A stretch of 64,000 nt of DNA. Source: Planctomycetota bacterium (GTDB lineage Bacteria > Planctomycetota > PLA2 > JAEUHO01). Positions 1 to 7,971 of this stretch are shown here, piece after piece. The translations under genes and the position numbers were made by a program. The notes under the pieces are model-generated. The model worked only from the letters and a program-made list of their open reading frames with translations, did no database searches and was not told the origin of the DNA. Within the stretch, counting starts at the first letter, position 1, and each line of letters opens with the position of its first letter. The stretch is taken from NCBI GenBank assembly GCA_965223505.1, contig CBDCWP010000026.1, positions 32,001 to 96,000 on the forward strand, written 5' to 3'.

Positions 1-1
1 C

Positions 2-652
2 ATCGGCATCGACCTCGGCCTGCATCTGAACCTCACCGAGGGCCGCTCGCTCACCGGCGGGCCGGCGCTCCTGACGGACGACGACGGCTCGTTCAAGGGA
101 CCGAAACAAGCCGTCTGGGCGTGGGGCGCGACGACCGACACGCCGCCGCCGGGACTCGTCGAGGAGATCCGCGCCCAGTGGCAGCGGCTGTGCGAGCTCG
201 GCGCCCGTCCGACCCACGTGAACGGCCACAATCACGTCCACGTGCTGCCGCCCGTGTTGCACGCGTTGCGCGAGGCGCTGGAAGACGAGACGGTCTACGT
301 GCGCATGCCGCACGAGGCCCACGCCGGTCACGTCCCGCCCTTTCCGCTCGAAGCGCTGTGCGCCCGGGCGCGCGATCGGTTGCCGGGGCGCTGGCGCGCG
401 ACGGACGGGTTCGTCGGATACGGCTTCTGCCACGCGCCGTCCGTCGAGACGTTGCTCGACAGCCTGCCGGAGCCGCGCGGCACCACGGAGCTGATGGTGC
501 ATCCCGGCGGACGCAGCGGCTCGCCGTTCGGCGAAGCACCGGAGCGGGAGGCCGAGGTCGAGGCGCTCTGTGACGGCAGCCTCCTGCCGCGCCTCGAGGC
601 GCGGGGCTATGCACCGGCCACGTTCCGGGACCTGCTTCGGGAGCACGCATGA
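2..652 (+). CDS. ChbG/HpnK (YdjC) family carbohydrate deacetylase, 5'-partial
   Basis: Frame is open from base 2 (IGIDLGLHLNLTEG). Contains the YdjC motifs GLHLNLTEG, HVNGHNHVH and ELMVHPG. Stop overlaps the next ATG (ATGA). Confidence 0.85.
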   Translation: MGIDLGLHLNLTEGRSLTGGPALLTDDDGSFKGPKQAVWAWGATTDTPPPGLVEEIRAQWQRLCELGARPTHVNGHNHVHVLPPVLHALREALEDETVYVRMPHEAHAGHVPPFPLEALCARARDRLPGRWRATDGFVGYGFCHAPSVETLLDSLPEPRGTTELMVHPGGRSGSPFGEAPEREAEVEALCDGSLLPRLEARGYAPATFRDLLREHA

Positions 653-1638
653 CGATCCGCGTCGCGATCGTCACGAACGCGCTCGGGCCGCCGACGCGCG
701 GCAACGGCACCACGGTGCAGCGCTGGCTCGGCTGGCTGCCGGACGTGGACGTCGATGCGTTCGTCGTCGATCCGAGCGGCGACCTCACCTTCGACGGCCC
801 CGCGCCCGACGTCGTTCACGGCTATCACGCCCTGCACGGCGGAGAGGCCGCGATCCGCCTCGCGGACCGGGTCGACCGTCCGCTGATGGTCAGCATCGGC
901 GGTACGGACCTGTTGTCGTTGCGCACGGGCGAGGGCGAGGTCGAACGCTGCCGCCGGGTCTTCGAGCGCGCGGACCTGGTGACCGGCGCCGTCGCCTCGT
1001 TCGGCGAGGTTTTGGGCGAAGTCCCGTACGCGGTCGTCCCGCGCGGGGTGCACGTGCCCGACACGCCTCCCTCGAAGCCCGACGGCCGGCTGAGCGTGCT
1101 CCTGCCGGCGGGCCTGCGCCCGGTCAAGGACCCGCTGCTCGCCATCGAGATGGCCGACGTCCTCATCGAACGCGGCGTGGAAATGCACCTGCTCATCCTC
1201 GGCCCAACGCTGGACGACGACTACGCGTCGCGCGTTCTCGAAGCGGCGGCATCGCGCGAACACGTGACGCTGGGCGAGGTCGAACGCGACCAGATGCCGG
1301 CCGCCTACGCGGATGCGCACGTCGTGTGGAACACGTCCTTCCACGAGGGAGGCTCGAACGCCGTGCTCGAAGCACTGGCCCATGGCTGCGAGGTGTACGT
1401 GCGCAACGCGCCGGGCAACTACGACGTCCTGCACGACCTGGAGGCGCCGGGGCGCCTGTTCGGGCCGGGCGACTGGGAGGACCTGGAGTCGTTCCATCGC
1501 TGGCTGTTGCAGGAAAGCGACGACCAGCGCGCGGAGCGCGTGGAGCTCACCCGTCGCTGGTTGCTCGCGAACCACAGCTCGGCGTCCGAGGTGCGCGCCT
1601 TGCGCGCCGCATACGACCGGCTACGCGCGGTGACGTAG
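649..1638 (+). CDS. GT4 glycosyltransferase, GLT1D1/SenB-like
   Basis: Motifs GNGTTVQRW, YHA, GGTDL, AGLRPVKDP, NTSFHEGGSNAVLEA and RNAPGN. Translationally coupled to the upstream deacetylase. Confidence 0.8.
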   Translation: MTIRVAIVTNALGPPTRGNGTTVQRWLGWLPDVDVDAFVVDPSGDLTFDGPAPDVVHGYHALHGGEAAIRLADRVDRPLMVSIGGTDLLSLRTGEGEVERCRRVFERADLVTGAVASFGEVLGEVPYAVVPRGVHVPDTPPSKPDGRLSVLLPAGLRPVKDPLLAIEMADVLIERGVEMHLLILGPTLDDDYASRVLEAAASREHVTLGEVERDQMPAAYADAHVVWNTSFHEGGSNAVLEALAHGCEVYVRNAPGNYDVLHDLEAPGRLFGPGDWEDLESFHRWLLQESDDQRAERVELTRRWLLANHSSASEVRALRAAYDRLRAVT

Positions 1639-1660
1639 ACAACGTGGACGGTACGTAGAC

Positions 1661-2437
1661 CTAGTCGAACAGCGCGACGACGGGAACGTGATCGGATGGC
1701 TTGGAGTCCTTGCGCTCCTTGCGCTCGTCGCGATCGATCTCGACGCCGACGCACCGGTCCCACATGGGCGTCGTACCGAGCACGAGATCGATACGCAGGC
1801 CCTTGTTGCGCTGGAATCCGCCCGCCCGGTAGTCCCACCACGTGTACAGCCCGGCTTCGTCGTGGTGCTTGCGCAACAGGTCCCCGAATCCCCAGTCGAA
1901 GAAGGCCCGCAGGGTCGCGTGCTCGAGGGGGTGGAAGTGGACCTTGCCCTTCCAGAGCTCGGGATCGTGCACGTCACGTTCGTCGGGCGCGATGTTGAAG
2001 TCGCCGAGCAACACGACGGGATCGGACGGCTCGTGCGCCGCGCGGATCGAGGCGAGCAACCGATTCAGCCACCCGATCTTGTAGGGAAAGAACTCGCTCT
2101 CGACGCGCTTGCCGTTCGGAACGTACACGCCGACGACGCGCACGCCGGCGAACGTGCCGGCAATCACGCGCGCTTCGGCGTCCTCCTCGTCGTCCGGGAT
2201 GCCGCGAACGACGTCTTCCGCGGGCGCGCGAGAGATGAACGCGACCCCGTTGTACGTCTTCTGGCCGAAGGTCTCGACGTGGTAGCCGAGCGACTCGAAC
2301 GCGTCGCGCGGGAAGGCGTCGTCGACGACCTTGATCTCCTGCAGGCAGAGCACATCGGGCTCGTTCTGCTCGATCCAGGCGATCGCGCGCTCCAGGCGCG
2401 TCCGAATTGAGTTGACGTTCCACGTGACGATCTTCAT
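1661..2437 (-). CDS. xth: Exodeoxyribonuclease III
   Basis: MKIVTWNVNSIR, LQEIK, GDFNIAP, YTWWDYR, GLRID and SDHVPV. Start trimmed to the ATG at 2437. Confidence 0.95.
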   Translation of the reverse strand: MKIVTWNVNSIRTRLERAIAWIEQNEPDVLCLQEIKVVDDAFPRDAFESLGYHVETFGQKTYNGVAFISRAPAEDVVRGIPDDEEDAEARVIAGTFAGVRVVGVYVPNGKRVESEFFPYKIGWLNRLLASIRAAHEPSDPVVLLGDFNIAPDERDVHDPELWKGKVHFHPLEHATLRAFFDWGFGDLLRKHHDEAGLYTWWDYRAGGFQRNKGLRIDLVLGTTPMWDRCVGVEIDRDERKERKDSKPSDHVPVVALFD

Positions 2438-2446
2438 GGCGCCTTT

Positions 2447-2472
2447 GTACGGGGCGACCCTTGTGGTCGCCC
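2447..2472 (+). repeat. REP-like palindrome (GTAC variant)
   Basis: GTACGGGGCGACCCTTGTGGTCGCCC, same family as the copies near 12.1, 39.1, 50.9, 54.4, 55.6 and 62.8 kb. Confidence 0.8.
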
Positions 2473-2540
2473 ACGAACAACGGTATCGAAGGCACCCGAG
2501 CGAGCGTCCCCGACGTTTCGCACGCCCCCCGGGAGACGGC

Positions 2541-4334
2541 ATGGAGAACGCGGACAAGCTGCTGATCGGCCTGGCCGCGTTGCTCGGGCTGGGCACGGCG
2601 GCGCAGTGGCTCGCGTGGCGGCTGCGCGTGCCGTCGATCCTGCTCCTGCTCCCCTTCGGGTTCTTCGCCGGCACCGCCTACACGGGCCTCGTGGACCCCA
2701 CCTTCCTGCTGGGCGATCTGCTGTTCCCGATCGTCTCGGCTTCCGTCGGCATCCTGCTGTTCGAGGGCGGCCTGAGCCTGCGCTTCAAGGACCTCAAGCA
2801 GCACGGCAAGGTCGTCGTACGCCTCGTGACGCTAGGGGCGCTCCTGACGTGGGGCCTCGGCGCCCTGGCGGCGTATGGGCTCCTCGACGTCTCTCTCAAC
2901 ATCGCGGGGCTGATCGGAGCCGTACTGATCGTCTCGGGCCCGACGGTCGTCATGCCCCTGCTGCGGCACATCAAGCCCAGCGGTCCCACCGGCGCGATCC
3001 TGAAGTGGGAAGGCATCGTCATCGATCCGATCGGCGCCGTGGTCGCGCTGCTGGTGTTCGAGGGCATCCTGGGGCACGACGCGACGGACACGCTGTACGG
3101 GATCTGGCGAACCCTGCTCGCGGGCACCGTCTTCGGCGGGCTCGGTGCGTTGCTCGTGCGCGAGATGCTGCGCCGCTACTGGGTCCCCGATCACCTGCAC
3201 GTGCCCTTCGTTCTGGGCCTGGTGCTCGGCGCGTTCACGGCCGCCAACACGATGCAGCACGAGTCCGGACTCCTCGCGACGACCTTCATGGGCATCCTGC
3301 TCGCGAATCAGAAGAAGGTCTCGGTCAAGCACATCCTGGAGTTCAAGGAGAACTTGAGCGTCCTGCTGGTATCGAGCCTCTTCATCCTGCTCGCGGCGCA
3401 GCTCAGCCCCGATCAGCTGCGCGTGATCGGTGTCGGTGCGTTCCTCTTCCTCGGCGTGCTGGTGCTGATCGCGCGACCGCTCGTGGTGGCGGTCTGCGCC
3501 TGGCGCTCCGAGCTCTCGCTCAAGGACAAGACCCTGCTTGCGTGGTTGTACCCGCGCGGCATCGTCGCCGCTGCCGTCGCGTCCGTCTTCGCGTTCCGGT
3601 TGAAGGAGGCGGGCATCGCCGGGCACGACCTCATCGTGCCCATCACCTTTCTCGTGATCGTCGGCAGCGTCGTGCTGTACGGGTTGACGGCCGGACCGCT
3701 CGCCAAGCGTCTCGGTTTGTCGACGCCGAACCCCCAGGGCGTGATGTTGATCGGCGCGCAAGGCTGGGCTCGCGAGATCGCGACCGCGCTAAAGGAGCTC
3801 GACGTACCGATCCTGATGGTGGACTCGAACCGGCACAACGCGCGTCAGGCGCGCTTGCTCGGCCTCAACACGTATACGGGGAACGCGTTGTCCGAGTTCG
3901 CCGAGGACAACCTCGACCTCGCCGGCATCGGCCGCGTACTGGCGTTGACTCCCAACGACGAGGTCAACAGCCTCGTGTGCCTACGCTTCTTGCACGTGTT
4001 CGGACGGCAGGAGGTGTACAAGCTGGTGACCCAGCGCGCGGACGTCGAAACCGAGAAGGCGTCGACGGACACGGGACGCGCGCTCTTTGCCGAGGACGCG
4101 ACCTACAAGGCGCTCCGCGAGCGCTTCTCCCGCGGGGCGACCATCCGCGCAACCAAGCTCACGGAGCAGTTCGGATTCGACGAGTTCCGCGCCGAACACG
4201 GCTTGACGACGTGGCTGCTCTTCTCGGTCGGCGAGAAGGGCACGGTGCGGATCAATGCGTTGGACCAGCCGCTGGAGCCCAAGGTCGGCCAGACACTCGT
4301 CGCGGTCGTGGAACCGTCCCCAACCAAGCCCTGA
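2541..4334 (+). CDS. CPA1/NhaP-type cation:proton antiporter with C-terminal TrkA-N-like domain
   Basis: About 12 TM segments; LFEGGL, SGPTVV, LKWEGIVIDPIG, ESGLLA and PRGIVAAA; Rossmann-like cytoplasmic tail. GGAG precedes the ATG at 2541. Confidence 0.9.
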   Translation: MENADKLLIGLAALLGLGTAAQWLAWRLRVPSILLLLPFGFFAGTAYTGLVDPTFLLGDLLFPIVSASVGILLFEGGLSLRFKDLKQHGKVVVRLVTLGALLTWGLGALAAYGLLDVSLNIAGLIGAVLIVSGPTVVMPLLRHIKPSGPTGAILKWEGIVIDPIGAVVALLVFEGILGHDATDTLYGIWRTLLAGTVFGGLGALLVREMLRRYWVPDHLHVPFVLGLVLGAFTAANTMQHESGLLATTFMGILLANQKKVSVKHILEFKENLSVLLVSSLFILLAAQLSPDQLRVIGVGAFLFLGVLVLIARPLVVAVCAWRSELSLKDKTLLAWLYPRGIVAAAVASVFAFRLKEAGIAGHDLIVPITFLVIVGSVVLYGLTAGPLAKRLGLSTPNPQGVMLIGAQGWAREIATALKELDVPILMVDSNRHNARQARLLGLNTYTGNALSEFAEDNLDLAGIGRVLALTPNDEVNSLVCLRFLHVFGRQEVYKLVTQRADVETEKASTDTGRALFAEDATYKALRERFSRGATIRATKLTEQFGFDEFRAEHGLTTWLLFSVGEKGTVRINALDQPLEPKVGQTLVAVVEPSPTKP

Positions 4335-4399
4335 GCGTGCGGAAATTCACAGGGAATTCGGCCGGGCCCGGCGGCCTGATTCGGGGCCCGCGCCGCGGG

Positions 4400-4427
4400 T
4401 TGACCGTCCGGTGGCGAGGGGTAGGGT
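4400..4427 (+). promoter_or_regulatory. Putative sigma70-type promoter of citrate synthase
   Basis: TTGACC-N16-TAGGGT, about 35 nt upstream of the ATG. Confidence 0.45.
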
Positions 4428-4461
4428 GATCTTCCCAACTTCCCTCGCAGAGGATCGCAAC

Positions 4462-5643
4462 ATGTCCACCGAAGCAGCCACGACCGACAAGGTGCTGTTC
4501 GAAATCACGGAGTCTCACCTCAACACGGGCTTGCGGGGCTTTCCCGTCGGCACGTGCCGCACGAGCGCAGTCGACCCGGTCAACGGCGTCACGTACGGCG
4601 GCTACACGCTCGAGGACCTTCAAGACCTTCCGGCGGAAGACATCATCTTCCTGCTGCTGAACAAGAACCTCCCGAACGCGGAAGAGGCCGCGGCGTTGCG
4701 CGCCGACATGGCCAAGCGCAGTGCCATCGATCCGCGCGTCTTCGATGCGCTCCGCGCGCTGCCCAAGGACGGCCACCCGATGGAGTGGTTGATCGCGGGT
4801 CTCGTCTTCCTCGGTATGACCGGCAAGACGGAGGACTACCGCGAGGACTGCCTGAACCTGATCGCGCGCATCAGCACGTTGTCCGCGGCGATCTTCCGCA
4901 TTCGCGAAGGCTGGGGTGATCCCATCGAGCCGCGCGAGGACCTTCCGTTCCACGAGAACTTCGCCCACATGATCGGCGTCGAGGGCGCGTCCGAGGTGTT
5001 GCCGGAGTTGCTGCGTCTCTTCTACATCCTGCACATGGACCACGGCGGCGGGAACCTCTCGACGTTCGTCGGCAAGGCGGTCGCGTCCGGCAAGTCGCAC
5101 ATGTACACCTCGATCGCGTCCGCGATGGCGGCGCTCTACGGCCCGCGGCACGGCCGCGCGAACCAGGAGTGTCTCGCGTTCGTGAAGGAGATCGGAACGC
5201 CGGACAAGGCGCAGGCCGAGAAGCGCGTCCGCGAGATCATGGCGAGCGGCGGGCTGGTCTACGGCTTCGGACACGCGGTGCTCCGCCAGGAAGATCCTCG
5301 CGCGAAGATCCAGTACGCCTTCGGCCAGGAGCACTTCCCCGACAACGAGCTCGTCCAGACGGCGCTCACGTTGCGCGAGGTCGTGCCGCCGATCCTGAAG
5401 GAGAACCCCAAGATCCAGAACCCGTATCCGAACGTCGACGCGATCTCCGGCAGCCTCCTGACGGCCGCCGGCCTGCCCGACCCGGACTACTACACGCTGC
5501 TCTTCGGCTGGTCGCGCGTCGCGGGCATCGCGTGCCAGATCGTGGACGAGCGCAACTTCCCGGGCAAGAAGGACGGCCTGGCCATCTACCGCCCGAAGTA
5601 CATCGCGCAGGACCAGCCGCGCCGCACCCGCGCCGACGGCTAG
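4462..5643 (+). CDS. gltA: Citrate synthase family protein
   Basis: DHGGGNLS, LYGPRHGRAN, GFGHAVLRQEDPR and PYPNVD catalytic motifs. GAGG RBS. Confidence 0.9.
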   Translation: MSTEAATTDKVLFEITESHLNTGLRGFPVGTCRTSAVDPVNGVTYGGYTLEDLQDLPAEDIIFLLLNKNLPNAEEAAALRADMAKRSAIDPRVFDALRALPKDGHPMEWLIAGLVFLGMTGKTEDYREDCLNLIARISTLSAAIFRIREGWGDPIEPREDLPFHENFAHMIGVEGASEVLPELLRLFYILHMDHGGGNLSTFVGKAVASGKSHMYTSIASAMAALYGPRHGRANQECLAFVKEIGTPDKAQAEKRVREIMASGGLVYGFGHAVLRQEDPRAKIQYAFGQEHFPDNELVQTALTLREVVPPILKENPKIQNPYPNVDAISGSLLTAAGLPDPDYYTLLFGWSRVAGIACQIVDERNFPGKKDGLAIYRPKYIAQDQPRRTRADG

Positions 5644-5666
5644 ACACCCCTACACGACCCCACACC

Positions 5667-5704
5667 GAGCCGCCGGCGCCGCGAGGCCCGGCGGCTCTCG
5701 CTTT
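5667..5704 (+). terminator. Putative intrinsic terminator
   Basis: GAGCCGCCGG...CCGGCGGCTC stem followed by TCGCTTT, just after the citrate synthase stop. Confidence 0.55.
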
Positions 5705-5804
5705 GATCCGGGACGTTCGTTGGGCTGAGCGCGGCATCCGCGGCCCGGACTTGTTAGCCGGAAGTTGCCGGCATTCTTGACAGTGCGACGCCGGTCTTGC
5801 CGAA

Positions 5805-7595
5805 TTGAATCTCGTGAAGACGCTCCGCACCCTTCTCCTCGAAAGCCGGCCGAGCTTCGCCATCCGCCGCGGCGCGGCGTTCTTCATCGAGGCGGTGCTC
5901 TGGGCCTCCGGCATCACGGCGTTGGAGGTCAGCGCGCGGTTCGCGAAGACGGACGCGTCCGATCTGATGGCCGTGGCATGCGGAACACTCTTCATCTTCG
6001 TGATGGTGCGCGCGTCCAAGTCGGGGTTGCTGATCGCGACGCGCCACATCGGCGGCGCGCTCGTCGCCCGCTGCAAGCAGGCCGTCAAGCGTCTGACCCC
6101 GCGGTATGCCGTTGCGTTTCGCTCGCGACCCGAGGTGCCGTCGAAACCGGATGCCGCGCTCGACGTGGCGCTCTGGATCGGCGCGGTCGCCGCGGCCACG
6201 TTCGTCGCCTTCGGCGCGCAGATCTTCGACGGGCTGCTGTTTCTCAAGACGGACGTCTCGTACACCGTGTACCTCGTCCTGCTGGCGTTCGTCTGGGCCG
6301 TCCTCGCATTCGTCGTGTTCCTCGGTGCCGTTGCCGGCGCGCAATGGGTGCAGCAGATGGGCGGAGGCACGCGCACGGCGCCCACGCTGATCCTGTGTCT
6401 GGGTTGGCTCGCGGGCATGCTCGTCACCGCCATCGTCCCGGGGATCGTTTCGGTTGCCGCGGTCGCCCTCTTCGCGGGCATCCGCATCCGTTGGCTGTGG
6501 CGGCGCCCGCGCACGCCGTATCTGTTCTGCCGGCGCGATGCCGACGGCTACCCGCGCACGGTCCGCGTCGGACACTATCTCGTACAGGCGTACTTCCTGA
6601 TCGCGCTGCTGCTGATGTCCGTCGTTGCCGTGGGCCAGTCGCAGCGGATGTGGAGCGTGGCGTTGCCGGAGGGGCCCTTCGCGCTGACGACCGGACTCGG
6701 GACGTTCGCAGCGGTGAGCGCCGTTTTCTTGATGGCCCGGGTGGGCGCGCACTTCCATCGGTTGACGGGCAGCCGGCACCCGCCGGAGCTGCCCCTACGA
6801 CCGACGGCCTGGAGTCGCGAGCCCGACGAAACCGACGAACGCGCCGGCGAGACGCAGTGGATGCGTGTCGCCCGCGAGCACGGCTGGACCGTGACGCGAG
6901 GACCGCGCGCGCCGTCGGACGGCTACGATCTCGTGGCGGGCGACCCGAGCGACAGCCGGCGCTTCGTGCCGCGACCGGACCAGGACGACGCCGATACGTT
7001 CTTCCAGCTCCAACGCCGCTTCCACGTCGTGATGCGCCGGCGCTTCTACCGGCCGTTCAAGCGCCTGTACAAGGCGCTTCGCGCGAAGCGTTCCTACCAG
7101 GGATCCGGCTTCCTGTTCTGCCCGCATGTCTGGCTCGTGGCGGGCGTCGTACGTGACGTGGACCCGCAGGCGGTCCGGGGCTCGGGTTCGCTGGTCGGGC
7201 CGAGCTACGTCGGACCGCTCTACGGCGATCTGTTCGAGCCGCGGGTACGCCGCTATCTCGGCAACGTGTTGCGCAAGCTCGAGATCGACATCGTGTTCTG
7301 GGAGGACGCCATCCGGTACCCGGAGCTTCGACGCGTGTTCGGCGTCGCGTTCGAGATCTACGACCAGGACCGCGCGCCGCTGCAAGCGCGGCACTTCGTC
7401 GGCGTGCCGAAGGTGCGCGTGATGATCCACGAAGAGGACGCGGAATCCGACGGCAGCGGCAGCAGTGCGGGCCGCCCGACGCAGGCACCGGGCTACGCAC
7501 GCGTGTTGGTGATCATGCGCGACCGCAGCGAGGACGAGGACGTCATGTCGCTCGATCCGGAAGATGCGTCGTTGCGCAGCCCCGCGCTCGTGTAG
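5805..7595 (+). CDS. Hypothetical multi-pass membrane protein with soluble C-terminal domain (start may be GTG 5814)
   Basis: Long ORF with about 8 hydrophobic segments followed by a charged domain of about 270 aa. TTGACA at 5777-5782 upstream. Confidence 0.7.
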   Translation: MNLVKTLRTLLLESRPSFAIRRGAAFFIEAVLWASGITALEVSARFAKTDASDLMAVACGTLFIFVMVRASKSGLLIATRHIGGALVARCKQAVKRLTPRYAVAFRSRPEVPSKPDAALDVALWIGAVAAATFVAFGAQIFDGLLFLKTDVSYTVYLVLLAFVWAVLAFVVFLGAVAGAQWVQQMGGGTRTAPTLILCLGWLAGMLVTAIVPGIVSVAAVALFAGIRIRWLWRRPRTPYLFCRRDADGYPRTVRVGHYLVQAYFLIALLLMSVVAVGQSQRMWSVALPEGPFALTTGLGTFAAVSAVFLMARVGAHFHRLTGSRHPPELPLRPTAWSREPDETDERAGETQWMRVAREHGWTVTRGPRAPSDGYDLVAGDPSDSRRFVPRPDQDDADTFFQLQRRFHVVMRRRFYRPFKRLYKALRAKRSYQGSGFLFCPHVWLVAGVVRDVDPQAVRGSGSLVGPSYVGPLYGDLFEPRVRRYLGNVLRKLEIDIVFWEDAIRYPELRRVFGVAFEIYDQDRAPLQARHFVGVPKVRVMIHEEDAESDGSGSSAGRPTQAPGYARVLVIMRDRSEDEDVMSLDPEDASLRSPALV

Positions 7596-7754
7596 ACCGC
7601 TCATTCTCGCGGGGATCCGCAATTCGCACCGCCGGCGCGCCGTCCTCGTCTCCATGGGCGGGAATTCGGGTATCCCGAACAACAGCCTTGCAGTAGTCTC
7701 TGCGCCCGATTCGACCGCGTCGAGAGGCCGGTCCAAACAAGGAGGAAACGCTCG

Positions 7755-7850
7755 ATGCGTAAGGTCATCACACTTCTCGTTCTCACCGTCGTCTGCTTCG
7801 GCATTGCGGCCTGCACCAGCGGCGGCGGCTGCTCGACCTGCGGCGGCTAG
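7755..7850 (+). CDS. 31-aa small lipoprotein/peptide MRKVITLLVLTVVCFGIAACTSGGGCSTCGG (not in ORF track)
   Basis: Strong AAGGAGG RBS at about 7739-7745. Basic N-terminus, hydrophobic core, IAAC lipobox, tandem TAG TAG stops, then a 15-bp hairpin. Confidence 0.75.
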   Translation: MRKVITLLVLTVVCFGIAACTSGGGCSTCGG

Positions 7851-7871
7851 TAGAACGAAATCGCTGGATTC

Positions 7872-7906
7872 GAAGGGTCACGTCTCCGCGCGAGACGTGG
7901 CCCTTC
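7872..7906. terminator. Hairpin between convergent genes, probably a bidirectional terminator
   Basis: GAAGGGTCACGTCTC-cgcgc-GAGACGTGGCCCTTC, a 15-bp stem with one G-U pair. Confidence 0.7.
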
Positions 7907-7971
7907 TTCAATTCGGGACGGATGCACGCAAGGCACGGCGAGCGCGTGGACGTGCCGCCGACCCGCAACGC

